Shown here: positions 31,471-40,168 of the stretch, in pieces
Position numbering within the stretch: the stretch's first letter is position 1
How the letters are laid out: every line of letters begins with the position of its first letter
DNA from: Phenylobacterium aquaticum
Lineage (GTDB): Bacteria; Pseudomonadota; Alphaproteobacteria; Caulobacterales; Caulobacteraceae
Direction of reading: 5' to 3'
DNA length: 64,000 nucleotides
NCBI RefSeq assembly: GCF_947378715.1
Contig: NZ_CANCLE010000003.1
Location: 957 to 64,956 of the forward strand
The notes under the pieces: model-generated
Database searches by the model: none
What the model was told of the DNA's origin: nothing
The model's input: only the letters and a program-made list of their open reading frames with translations
Made by a program: the position numbers and the translations under genes

Positions 31471-33789
31471 TCAGAACCCCAGCTCGGGATGGCCCGCCGC
31501 GCCCTGCGCGGCTTCGGGCAGGTGGCAGGTGAAGGTCGCGCCGGAGCCCGGCTCGCTCTCCAGGGCCACCCAGCCGCCATGCAGCTCGACCAGGGCCTTG
31601 ACCAGGGCCAGGCCCAGGCCGGGCCCGCCGCGCTCGCGGCCGATGAAGCGGTCGAAGATGTGGGCCTGGACGTGGAAGGGAATACCCCGGCCGGTGTCCG
31701 ACACCTGCAGCTGGATCTCGCCCAGGGCGCGCCGCGCTGACAGGGTGACCACGCCCTCTGGCGGAGTCTGGCGGATGGCGTTCTCGGTCAGGTGATCCAG
31801 GGTCTGGGCCAGGCGCTTCACGTCGCCGCGGATCAGGCCGACATCGTCACTGTGCTCGATCTTCAATGTCACCTTGGCCTGCTCGGCCTCCCGCGCCCAG
31901 CGCTCCGACGCGTCGCTCAGCAGTTCGGCGACATGGACGTCTTCCAGGTCCAGCGCCATCTCGTCGGCGTCGATCTGGGCCATGTCCAGCACGTCGTCGA
32001 TGGACCGCGCCAGCTGGGTCGCCGCCGTGCGCACCGCCGCCGCATGGCCGCGCCCGCGTTCCGACAGGCCCTCGCCCGACCGCTCCAACAGTTCCGAATA
32101 GCCGATGATGGTGGTGAGCGGCGTGCGCAGCTCATAGGAGACATTGCCGACGAAATCGCGCTTCAGCCGCTCGGCGTCGGCCAGGGCGGCTGAACGATCG
32201 GCCAGGGCGCTTTCCAGCTTCCGCGCATCGGTGACGTCGGCGAAGGCGATCAAGGTCGCCCCATCCGGCAGGGGGCGCGACTGATAGACGATGATGCGTG
32301 AGTCCGAGGTCTTCACCTCGCCCTGCATGGGCGCGCGGGCCTGGGGATCGGTGTCGGCCACCCGGCCCTTGAGCTCACGCCAGAACACCATGTCGTGCAG
32401 GCGCGGGATGCACAGTTCGACCACGCCTTCGAAATCGTGGGCGACCTCGATCTGCTGCGGGGTGATGTTCCAGAACCGCTCGAAGGCCTCGTTGTGCAGG
32501 CGCAGGCGCCCGTCGGAGCCGAACACCGCCACGGCGTCATTGAGCTTGTCCAGTGTGGCCTGCTGCACCTGGATCAGGGCGTTGTACTGGGCCTTGAGCT
32601 TCAGCTCGCCGGTGATGTCGGAGAACAGGAGCACCACGCCCCCCAGGGGATGAGGCTGGCGAACCACGCGCAGGGTGCGGCCGTCGGGGATCGACCACAG
32701 GTCGTCGGGCGTCGATTCCAGGGTCTCGTAGCGCTCAAGCTCGCTGGCCTTCCACTTGCCGTAGTCGGCGGTCTCCGGCAGGCGGCGGCGCTGGCGCAGG
32801 CGATCGAGCACCTCGCCATGGGTCGGCCGCTCGGCCAGCCAGGCGGGCTCCAGGCCCCACAGCTCCGCGAAGGCGGTGTTGTGGAAGATCATCCGCTTGG
32901 TCTGGGAGAAGATCGCCACGGCGTCGGCGATGTGGTTCAGGGTCTCGTCGTGGGCCTCGATGTTGCGCTTGAGCGCCTCGCGCAGCTCCTCGGCCTCGGT
33001 GACGTCCTCGGTCCAGACCCCGACTCCGCCGCCGTCCAGGGGCTGGGCGGTGATCTGCAGCGAGCGGCGGCGGCCCTCGAAGGTGGTCCAGCGCTTGGAC
33101 TCGCGCTTCTGGCCTAGATTGGCGGCTTCGCTGGCGAGCGCGTCGGCCGCCTTGTCGAAGCTGGCGCCACGGCTGGCGGCCTCGTCCAGGCTGGCGCAGC
33201 CCACGGCTGACAGCCAGGCGGCGTTGACCCAGACCGGGCTGCCGTCGGCCGCCGAGATCCAGGCGGGATAGGCGCGCGCGTCCAGGAAGGCGGCGAAGCG
33301 CGGGGCGGTGGGCAGGCCGGCGTCCTCGCCGACCACCGAGGACAGCCGCAACCAGGCCAAAGCGCCGGCGGCCCGGCCCTCGACAGCGACGACGCCCGCG
33401 GGACCGCGGACCTCGAAGGCGCAGGCCTCGCCGCGCTCGAACAGGGCGCGCAGCCGGCGGGCATGGTCCGGATCGGCCCGCATCAGGGCGGCGACCACGG
33501 CCTGGGGCTCGGATTCGGCCAGGCCCAGCACCGAGGCGCAGACCGTCAGGCTCTCCTCGCCGGACGCCACCAGGGCGTGACCGTCCTCGACGGCGAGCAG
33601 GGCGGAATCGAAGGCCTCGGCCGAGGCCTGGGCGGTTTCGGCGCCGGCCTTGAGGGCGTTGATCTGGCGGCGCAGGGCGGCCATGCTCAGTTCCGCCTGG
33701 CCCCGTTGGGCCAGCGCCCACAGGACAGCACAAATGGCCAGCAGCACCGCGCCCGCGGCAGCCGCCAGAATGAGCTGCATCTCGCTCAT
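31471..33789 (-). CDS. divL: PAS-domain histidine pseudokinase DivL
   Basis: N-terminal TM, several PAS domains, H-box VSYELRTPLTTI with Tyr replacing the phospho-His, HATPase_c C-terminus. Confidence 0.92.
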   Translation of the reverse strand: MSEMQLILAAAAGAVLLAICAVLWALAQRGQAELSMAALRRQINALKAGAETAQASAEAFDSALLAVEDGHALVASGEESLTVCASVLGLAESEPQAVVAALMRADPDHARRLRALFERGEACAFEVRGPAGVVAVEGRAAGALAWLRLSSVVGEDAGLPTAPRFAAFLDARAYPAWISAADGSPVWVNAAWLSAVGCASLDEAASRGASFDKAADALASEAANLGQKRESKRWTTFEGRRRSLQITAQPLDGGGVGVWTEDVTEAEELREALKRNIEAHDETLNHIADAVAIFSQTKRMIFHNTAFAELWGLEPAWLAERPTHGEVLDRLRQRRRLPETADYGKWKASELERYETLESTPDDLWSIPDGRTLRVVRQPHPLGGVVLLFSDITGELKLKAQYNALIQVQQATLDKLNDAVAVFGSDGRLRLHNEAFERFWNITPQQIEVAHDFEGVVELCIPRLHDMVFWRELKGRVADTDPQARAPMQGEVKTSDSRIIVYQSRPLPDGATLIAFADVTDARKLESALADRSAALADAERLKRDFVGNVSYELRTPLTTIIGYSELLERSGEGLSERGRGHAAAVRTAATQLARSIDDVLDMAQIDADEMALDLEDVHVAELLSDASERWAREAEQAKVTLKIEHSDDVGLIRGDVKRLAQTLDHLTENAIRQTPPEGVVTLSARRALGEIQLQVSDTGRGIPFHVQAHIFDRFIGRERGGPGLGLALVKALVELHGGWVALESEPGSGATFTCHLPEAAQGAAGHPELGF

Positions 33790-33876
33790 CGCGCCATCCT
33801 CGACGCCCGTCCCCGTCGACAGCGAATCATCTTTTGGAACATAGGCCGCTTAAGCGAATTCGGCGATGATCGGCGC

Positions 33877-34464
33877 ATGACCGCGATCCTCTATCCCCTG
33901 GCGACGACGCCCGACGCAGCGCTTTCCGCGCCCCTGGGCCGCGCGGCGCGGGAAAGGGAGGCGCAGGCCCTGGCCGGCGAGCCCGTCGCCTTCGTCAGTG
34001 GCCCGGCCGGTCCGGCCTATGCCAGCCGCGAGGCGGCGCTGGACGCCCTGGCCGGACGGATCGAGGACGACCGCCCCGGGCGACTGGTCCAGGTGGCCGT
34101 GGAGGACCGGTTCTGTCGGCTGGTGGAGGTGGCGACCACCCGCCGCGCCCCGCCGCCGGTCGCGACCATCAACCGCGACGGCCGCCGCTGGCCCACCCCG
34201 CCGGTCGCCCCGCCCACGGTCTGGCGCCTGTCGGTCTCCTATTGGCGTCCGGTCTCGGCGGCGCCCGCCGCCGGCGCGCCGGATGTCGATCATCCCCAGG
34301 CCCGCCGCGCGCGGCGGCTGAAGCAGACCGAGGCGGAGCCTGAGACCCTGAAGGCCATGAGCCGCCAGCCCCTGCGCGCCTTCAAGCCGCAGCAGCCGCT
34401 GGACATCGGGCTGTTCGAGGTCCGGCTGCCGGAGAACCCCGACCTGGTGATGCCCGATGAGTGA
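33877..34464 (+). CDS. Hypothetical protein divergent from divL
   Basis: MTAILYPLA...WRLSVSYWR...QPLDIGLFE...MPDE; GC3-biased codons; 8-nt overlap with next gene. Confidence 0.7.
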   Translation: MTAILYPLATTPDAALSAPLGRAAREREAQALAGEPVAFVSGPAGPAYASREAALDALAGRIEDDRPGRLVQVAVEDRFCRLVEVATTRRAPPPVATINRDGRRWPTPPVAPPTVWRLSVSYWRPVSAAPAAGAPDVDHPQARRARRLKQTEAEPETLKAMSRQPLRAFKPQQPLDIGLFEVRLPENPDLVMPDE

Positions 34465-34882
34465 AGCCGATCGCGGCCATATCCATGTCCACGCGCATAG
34501 GCCGGCGCCCTCGCTGGACGACTTCGGAGCCCTGGCCCAGGCGGCCTTCGAGGCCCTGCCCGACGATTTCCGCGCCATGACCGGGGCCGTGATCTTCCGG
34601 GTCGAGGACTTCCCGCCCCAGGAGGTGCTGGACGAAATGGGGATCGAGGACCCTTTCGAACTGACCGGCCTCTATCACGGGGTCGATCTGGCCCACCGCT
34701 CGATCCTGGACCCCAGTCCCGAACCCTCCATGGTGTTCCTCTATCGCCGTCCGATCCTCGATGAATGGGCCGAGCGCGGCGACGTGACGCTGAGCGAACT
34801 GATCACCCACGTCCTGGTCCACGAGATCGGCCACCACTTCGGGCTGTCCGACGACGACATTGATGAGATCGAGGGGGAGTAG
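34457..34882 (+). CDS. Zincin-like metallopeptidase (Zincin_1 type)
   Basis: LTGLYHG, LYRRPI, HVLVHEIGHHFGLSDDD (HExxH). Confidence 0.9.
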   Translation: MSEADRGHIHVHAHRPAPSLDDFGALAQAAFEALPDDFRAMTGAVIFRVEDFPPQEVLDEMGIEDPFELTGLYHGVDLAHRSILDPSPEPSMVFLYRRPILDEWAERGDVTLSELITHVLVHEIGHHFGLSDDDIDEIEGE

Positions 34883-34902
34883 CGCGCGCAACCGCGTCTG
34901 GG

Positions 34903-34925
34903 AAAGTGACGCCGCCGTCACGTTT
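34903..34925. promoter_or_regulatory. Palindromic operator TGACG-ccgc-CGTCA (copy 2)
   Basis: AAAGTGACGCCGCCGTCACGTTT just upstream of a TTGACT -35-like hexamer; identical core to 29687-29701. Confidence 0.7.
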
Positions 34926-35016
34926 CTTGACTTATCGGCGGTCATATGGATTTTTGACGCAGGTCAAAACCGGCGACGCTGACGATCGCCGATGTCTGGC
35001 TTCAGGAGGACGACCG

Positions 35017-36147
35017 ATGGCCGCCGACGGCAACATCACCAAGGACATCATCTACGACGCCGTCGCGCCGGACGACTTCGAGTCCATGCTGGAACTCGAC
35101 CGCTACAACGCGCGGTCGACCGCCTTTGACAAGATCATCTCGGCCACCCACGACCACTTCTGGGATCCGCTCGACAAGAAGTACATCGACTTCGACGAGC
35201 CCTTCGACATGGAAAACCAGATGCTGCTGCCGGAGGAGATGATCATCTCGCTCGGCACCGAATATGTGTCGAACCACCTGAAGGACCCCAAGACCCGCAT
35301 CCGCTTCGCCAACCAGCAGGCCCTGCGCTCGTTCTCCTCGATCCTGCACGGCGAACAAGGCGCGCTGAACCTGTCGGCCAGCCTCTGCCACGTGCTGAAG
35401 GACCAGGGCGCCCAGGAATACGCCGCCAACCAGACCCGCGAGGAAGCCCGCCACGTCACGGCCTTCGCCAAATATATCAAGGCCCGCTGGGGTCGCCCGG
35501 TGGAAGCCGGCCCGACGCTGAAGGCGCTCTTGATCGACATCATCGGCAGCCCCGAGGTCTATAAGAAGATCATCGGCATGCAGATGCTGGTGGAAGGCCT
35601 GGCCATGGGCGCCTTCGCCACCTTCTTCAACAATATCAATGACCCGCTCGGCAAGAAGCTGATGCAGCTGGTCATGACCGACGAGGCTTTCCACCATAAG
35701 TTCGGGAAGATCTGGGCCGACCGCACCATCCCCAAACTTTCCCCGGAAGAGCACGCGATCATCGAGGACTGGGCGGCGCACTGCTTCCAGACCCTGCTGT
35801 TCAACCTCGTGGCCCCCTCGCAGCAGCGCGACCTCTATGAAGAGTTCGGCATGGACCCTGACGTGGTGATGGCCGAGATGGCCGCCATGGTCACCGACGA
35901 GAGCCGTCGGGAGAACATGAAGGAGCAGTCCAACATCTTCCGCGTGCTGGTGAAGACCCTGCTCAATGCCGGCATCATCACCGACCGCACCCGCGCCTTC
36001 TACGCCATCTATGTCGACATGGAGGAGCTGAAGGGCGAGGGCGATCGTATGGTCGGCGACGACATCGCCGAGGAGGGGATCAAGTATCTCCAGGAGATCA
36101 ATTTCAAGGACCGCGTCGCCGCAGCCGTGAAGATCGCCGCCGAATAG
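35017..36147 (+). CDS. Ferritin-like diiron protein (AurF/desaturase-like oxygenase)
   Basis: Carboxylate-diiron ligand pattern: HGEQGA, EEARH, VEGLA, DEAFH; AGGAGG RBS. Confidence 0.85.
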   Translation: MAADGNITKDIIYDAVAPDDFESMLELDRYNARSTAFDKIISATHDHFWDPLDKKYIDFDEPFDMENQMLLPEEMIISLGTEYVSNHLKDPKTRIRFANQQALRSFSSILHGEQGALNLSASLCHVLKDQGAQEYAANQTREEARHVTAFAKYIKARWGRPVEAGPTLKALLIDIIGSPEVYKKIIGMQMLVEGLAMGAFATFFNNINDPLGKKLMQLVMTDEAFHHKFGKIWADRTIPKLSPEEHAIIEDWAAHCFQTLLFNLVAPSQQRDLYEEFGMDPDVVMAEMAAMVTDESRRENMKEQSNIFRVLVKTLLNAGIITDRTRAFYAIYVDMEELKGEGDRMVGDDIAEEGIKYLQEINFKDRVAAAVKIAAE

Positions 36148-36165
36148 GCCCTCCGCGCCAAACCT

Positions 36166-36209
36166 TCGCGAAGCGCCCGCCGGCCCCGCGTCGGCGGGCG
36201 TTTTCGCGA
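36166..36209 (+). terminator. Hairpin terminator after diiron gene
   Basis: TCGCGAAGCGCCCGCCGG.../...TCGGCGGGCGTTTTCGCGA. Confidence 0.55.
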
Positions 36210-36340
36210 GCGGGACCCGGAGTGGGCGGGACCGGCCTTGACCATTGGTCTTGGCCCCGCCTCAATCCCAGGGTTTGTCGCTATTGGCGGCTCGCCCCCG
36301 GGGCGTTTCCGGTTCCACAGACCTGGGCTAACTTCTAGCG

Positions 36341-36889
36341 ATGTCGTCCATGCGTATCCTGCCGTTCGCGCTCTGCGCCGTCCTCGCCCTGGCCCTTCCG
36401 GCCGGGATGAGCGCCGCCGCGCCTGCGCCGCCGCCGGCCCCGACCGATCGCATCGAACTGACCAAGATGACCGGCCGCTGGTACGAGGTGGCCCGCCTGC
36501 CCAACCACACCCAGAAGGACTGCCAGGCGGGCGTCTCCGACTGGGCCCGGGACGCCGACGGCTATGATGTGCTGCAGGTCTGCCACCGGGGCTCGGTGTC
36601 CGCCCCGCCCACCGAGTGGAAGGCCAAGGCCAAGGTCCTCGACCCCAAGACCAACGCCAAATTCAAGATGAGCTTCTTCGGCGGGCTGGTGAGCCAGGAA
36701 TATTGGGTGCTCGACCACAAGACCGACCAGGGGTGGCTGATCCTCGGCACGCCCAATGGCAAGTACCTCTGGCTGATGTCCCAGCATCCTCTGCTGGGCG
36801 CCGGCGCCAAGGCCCAGGCCGTGGCCCGCATCAAGCAGCTGGGCTACGACGTCAGCGCGCTCGAATATCCGCAGCCGGCCCGCAACTGA
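36341..36889 (+). CDS. Lipocalin (Blc-like), secreted
   Basis: Signal peptide; GRWYEVAR, EYWVL, YLWLMS, LGYD lipocalin motifs (alternative start 36350). Confidence 0.88.
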   Translation: MSSMRILPFALCAVLALALPAGMSAAAPAPPPAPTDRIELTKMTGRWYEVARLPNHTQKDCQAGVSDWARDADGYDVLQVCHRGSVSAPPTEWKAKAKVLDPKTNAKFKMSFFGGLVSQEYWVLDHKTDQGWLILGTPNGKYLWLMSQHPLLGAGAKAQAVARIKQLGYDVSALEYPQPARN

Positions 36890-36907
36890 TTTCGCCCCTT
36901 GCGTCCG

Positions 36908-36922
36908 GAACGAAGCCGGAAC
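36908..36922 (+). promoter_or_regulatory. LexA (SOS) box
   Basis: GAAC-gaagccg-GAAC, the alphaproteobacterial GAAC-N7-GAAC/GTTC-N7-GTTC motif, 11 nt before the mmcB ATG. Confidence 0.85.
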
Positions 36923-36933
36923 AAGATTTCGGC

Positions 36934-37386
36934 ATGGGAGCGCCCCAAGCCGTCAGCCGTCCGGAGATCACCGCCGCCGTCACCCGTGGCGCGGCGCGGC
37001 TGTTGGTCGACCTGGGCTATGTGCCCCTGACCGAGGTCACCCTGCCCAATGGCCGGCGCGCCGACCTGATGGCCCTGTCGGCCCGGGGCGAGTTCATCAT
37101 CATCGAGGTGAAGTCGGGGATCGAGGACTTCCGGGTCGATCGCAAGTGGCATGAATACGCCCCCTATTGCGACCGCTTCGCCTTCGCCGTGGCCCCGGAG
37201 TTTCCCCAGCACGTCCTGCCGCAGGACCCGGGCCTGATCGTCGCCGACGGGTTTGGCGGCGCGGTGTTGCGCGAGCCGCCGGCCGTGGTCCTGGCCGGCG
37301 CCCGACGTAAGGCGCTGACCATCGCCTTCGGCCGCATGGCGGCCATGCGGGCGGCGGGCTTTGCGGTGGTGAACCTGGAAGTCTGA
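36934..37386 (+). CDS. mmcB: DNA repair putative endonuclease MmcB
   Basis: E..L.NGRRADLMAL...IIEVKS..EDFRVDRKW.EY..YCDRF.FAV; SOS box upstream. Confidence 0.92.
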   Translation: MGAPQAVSRPEITAAVTRGAARLLVDLGYVPLTEVTLPNGRRADLMALSARGEFIIIEVKSGIEDFRVDRKWHEYAPYCDRFAFAVAPEFPQHVLPQDPGLIVADGFGGAVLREPPAVVLAGARRKALTIAFGRMAAMRAAGFAVVNLEV

Positions 37387-37391
37387 GGGGG

Positions 37392-37949
37392 TCAGCGCGG
37401 CGCGCGCTTGGCCAGGATCCGCTGCAGGGTGCGGCGGTGCATGTTCAGCCGGCGCGCCGTCTCCGAGACATTGTGGCCGCAGAGCTCATAGACCCGCTGG
37501 ATGTGCTCCCAGCGCACCCGGTCGGCGCTCATGGGGTTTTCCGGCGGCGGCGGGCTCTCGTCGCCAACCGCCAGCAGGGCGCGGGCCACGTCGTCGGCGT
37601 CGGCGGGCTTGGAGAGATAGTCGATGGCGCCCGACTTCACGGCGGCCACGGCGGTGGCGATATTGCCATAGCCGGTCAGCATGATGACCCGGGCCTCGGG
37701 GCGGGCGTCGCGGACCGCCTCCACGACCTTCAGGCCGGTGCCGTCCTCAAGCCGCATGTCCAGCACGGCGAAGGCGGGAGGAGAGGCGCGCACGGCGGCC
37801 AGGGCCTCGCTGACGCTGCCCACCAGGGTGGTCTCGAATCCGCGCTGCTCAAGCGCTCGACCCAGTCGCGTGCGGAGGGGGGCGTCATCGTCCAGGACCA
37901 GCAGGCTTCTGTCCGGCAGGGCGGCGATATCGGCGGAGAGATCGGCCAT
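37392..37949 (-). CDS. regA: RegA/PrrA/ActR-family response regulator
   Basis: Receiver domain plus PMSADRVRWEHIQRVYELCGHNVSETARRLNMHRRTLQRILAKRAPR signature. Confidence 0.95.
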   Translation of the reverse strand: MADLSADIAALPDRSLLVLDDDAPLRTRLGRALEQRGFETTLVGSVSEALAAVRASPPAFAVLDMRLEDGTGLKVVEAVRDARPEARVIMLTGYGNIATAVAAVKSGAIDYLSKPADADDVARALLAVGDESPPPPENPMSADRVRWEHIQRVYELCGHNVSETARRLNMHRRTLQRILAKRAPR

Positions 37950-37995
37950 AATCAACTCCAGATGGCGGCGCTCGCGTCGTGCGCTCTTGAAGGTA

Positions 37996-39429
37996 TCATG
38001 TCGCCTGTTCGAACGGCTGCGCAAGGGGTTGTTCGGTTTGCCACCCCGCCTGACCCACCTCGATCTGGCTGCGGGCCCAGCGGGCGGAGACCACGGCGCC
38101 GCGCGGGCGACCGTTCTGGAAGGCGACCTTGGCGCCCGTGCGCTCCAGCAGGGTCTTGGCGATGAAGAAGCCCAGCCCCATGCCGACATGGCCGGTGCGC
38201 GATCCCTCGGCCCCCGGACGGGTGGTGACATAGGGCTCGCCCAGCTTGGCGAGCACCTCCGGCGCGAAGCCCGGCCCGTCGTCGCGCACCTCCATGGAGA
38301 TCGAGCCGGCGTCGAAGCGGGCGGTGATCAGCACCTCGGAGGTCGCGAAGTCGACGGCGTTCTCGACGAAGGAGGTCAGGGCGTGCAGCACCTCGGGCAT
38401 GCGCCAAATGTCCGGGGCGGCGACGCCGGAGGCGCCGGAGACGATCGCCTCGACGCGAACCCCCTTCACCCCGGCGTGCGGCTCGATCACCTCATGGACC
38501 AGCTGCAACAGGCTCATCCGCTCATGCACCTCGTCGGTGGCGTCCGGCGTCTCGGTCAGGCGGCGCAGGATCTCGCGGCAGCGCAGGGCCTGGGCCATCA
38601 GGAGATCGGCGTCCTCCTTGATGGCGGCGGTCGGCGCCTCACGCGACATTTCCTTGGCGACGATGGAGATGGTGGCGAGCGGCGTGCCCAGCTCATGGGC
38701 GGCGGCGGCGGCGAGCGCCCCCAGGGCCGAGAGCCGCTGCTCCCGCGACAGCACCGCCTGGGTGACATCGAGGGCGAGCGCCATCCGCGCCGATTCCTCG
38801 GCCGACTGGCGGACATAGCCGGCGATCAACAGGATGCCGGCGATATTGGCGGCCGCAGCGCCGACCAGATAGCTGCCGGGCAGGCTGAACGCCATGCCGG
38901 GGGCCGCCGGCAGGGGCATGTGCAGGAAGGCCAGGCCGATCGAGGCCAGTATGCCCATCACCCCCAGTATGGCCACAGGCGCCAGCGGCAGGGTCGCCGC
39001 CGCCAGGGTCACCGGGGCGATCAGCATCAGGGCGAAGGGATTGGCGATGCCGCCGGTCAGGAACAGCAGGCCGGTGGTCTGGGCGATGTCGAAGGCCAGC
39101 TGGGCGGCGGCCTCCCATTCCCCGGTCAGTCTCTGGCCTGGCGAGGCCACGGCGGTCAGCAGATTGATCCAGGCCGAGGCCCCGATCAGGCTGAAGCACC
39201 AGGCATAGGGGGCCTTGAAGCCCAGGAACACGCCCATTGTCGCCAGGAGGGCGACCTCCCCGGCCAGCACGATCCAGCGCAGGGTGATCAGGTTGCGCAT
39301 CCGCAGCCGGCCGCGCGACGACCCGCTCTGCGCCCAGGCGAGTTCACCTTGCGCCATGGCGGGGCTTTGCCTATCGAGACCGGGCGAGGCCTTGGATCTC
39401 GACGGCGCCGGCTGGTTTTCGGACGCCAT
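37996..39429 (-). CDS. regB: RegB/PrrB/ActS-family sensor kinase
   Basis: LRW, TGGIANPF quinone-binding motif, AHELGTPL, RC, DDGPGF, GMGLGFFIA. Start uncertain (39429 or 39357). Confidence 0.93.
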   Translation of the reverse strand: MASENQPAPSRSKASPGLDRQSPAMAQGELAWAQSGSSRGRLRMRNLITLRWIVLAGEVALLATMGVFLGFKAPYAWCFSLIGASAWINLLTAVASPGQRLTGEWEAAAQLAFDIAQTTGLLFLTGGIANPFALMLIAPVTLAAATLPLAPVAILGVMGILASIGLAFLHMPLPAAPGMAFSLPGSYLVGAAAANIAGILLIAGYVRQSAEESARMALALDVTQAVLSREQRLSALGALAAAAAHELGTPLATISIVAKEMSREAPTAAIKEDADLLMAQALRCREILRRLTETPDATDEVHERMSLLQLVHEVIEPHAGVKGVRVEAIVSGASGVAAPDIWRMPEVLHALTSFVENAVDFATSEVLITARFDAGSISMEVRDDGPGFAPEVLAKLGEPYVTTRPGAEGSRTGHVGMGLGFFIAKTLLERTGAKVAFQNGRPRGAVVSARWARSQIEVGQAGWQTEQPLAQPFEQAT

Positions 39430-39478
39430 CAGACCGCGAGCATCGCCGAGATCGTGACGCCTGACGAGGCCCATCTGC

Positions 39479-40066
39479 ATGACCCGCCGAAATCTGTCCC
39501 TGATCGCCGTCTGCCTCGTGGGCCTGGCCGTGCTGGCCGGTCTCGCCTGGCGGGCCGGTGTGTTCGCAGCCCAGCCCTCGGCCCTGGTCGGCGGACCCTT
39601 CCAGCTGGTCGACCAGACCGGCAAGCCGGTCACGGAAAAGATGCTGAAGGGCAAGTGGAGCGCAGTGTTCTTCGGCTTCACCTACTGCCCGGACGTCTGT
39701 CCGACGACGATGCAGGTGCTGGCCCAGGCCCAGGACCAGCTGGGGCCGAAGGCCAAGGATCTGCAGGTGGTGTTCGTGACGGTCGATCCGGAACGCGACA
39801 CGCCGGCCCAGCTCGCCAACTATCTGAACAACAGCGCCTTTCCCAAGGGCGTGGTCGGTCTGACCGGAACCCCGGCCCAGGTGGCGGTCGCCGCCAAGGC
39901 CTATCGGGTGTTCTATGAGAAGAGCGGAACCGGGTCCGACTATCTGATCAACCACTCCACCCCCACCTATCTGATGGACCCCAAGGGCCGCTTCAACCGG
40001 GTGCTGCCGTTCGGGATCGGGCCCGAGGAGGTCGCGCGGCAGATCTCCGACGCCATGCGCCGCTGA
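39479..40066 (+). CDS. senC: SCO1/SenC copper chaperone
   Basis: FFGFTYCPDVCPT, VDPERD, HS; divergent from regB. Confidence 0.9.
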   Translation: MTRRNLSLIAVCLVGLAVLAGLAWRAGVFAAQPSALVGGPFQLVDQTGKPVTEKMLKGKWSAVFFGFTYCPDVCPTTMQVLAQAQDQLGPKAKDLQVVFVTVDPERDTPAQLANYLNNSAFPKGVVGLTGTPAQVAVAAKAYRVFYEKSGTGSDYLINHSTPTYLMDPKGRFNRVLPFGIGPEEVARQISDAMRR

Positions 40067-40141
40067 TCGCCACGGGCATTGGCCCCTGCGACAACTTGGG
40101 GCGGAAGGGGCTGGACTCTCTTAACGGTCAGGGTGTTATGC

Positions 40142-40153
40142 TGCGGCGCACAA
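40142..40153 (+). promoter_or_regulatory. Putative PhaR operator
   Basis: TGCGGCGCACAA fits the TGC-N3-GCA core and the TGCRNYGCASMA pattern recalled for rhizobial PhaR; 15 nt before phaZ. Confidence 0.7.
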
Positions 40154-40168
40154 TAGGACCGTACTCGG

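Noticed and set aside
32120..32150. His-to-Tyr change in the kinase H-box as a novel or inactivating mutation
   Set aside because: It is the known diagnostic feature of DivL.
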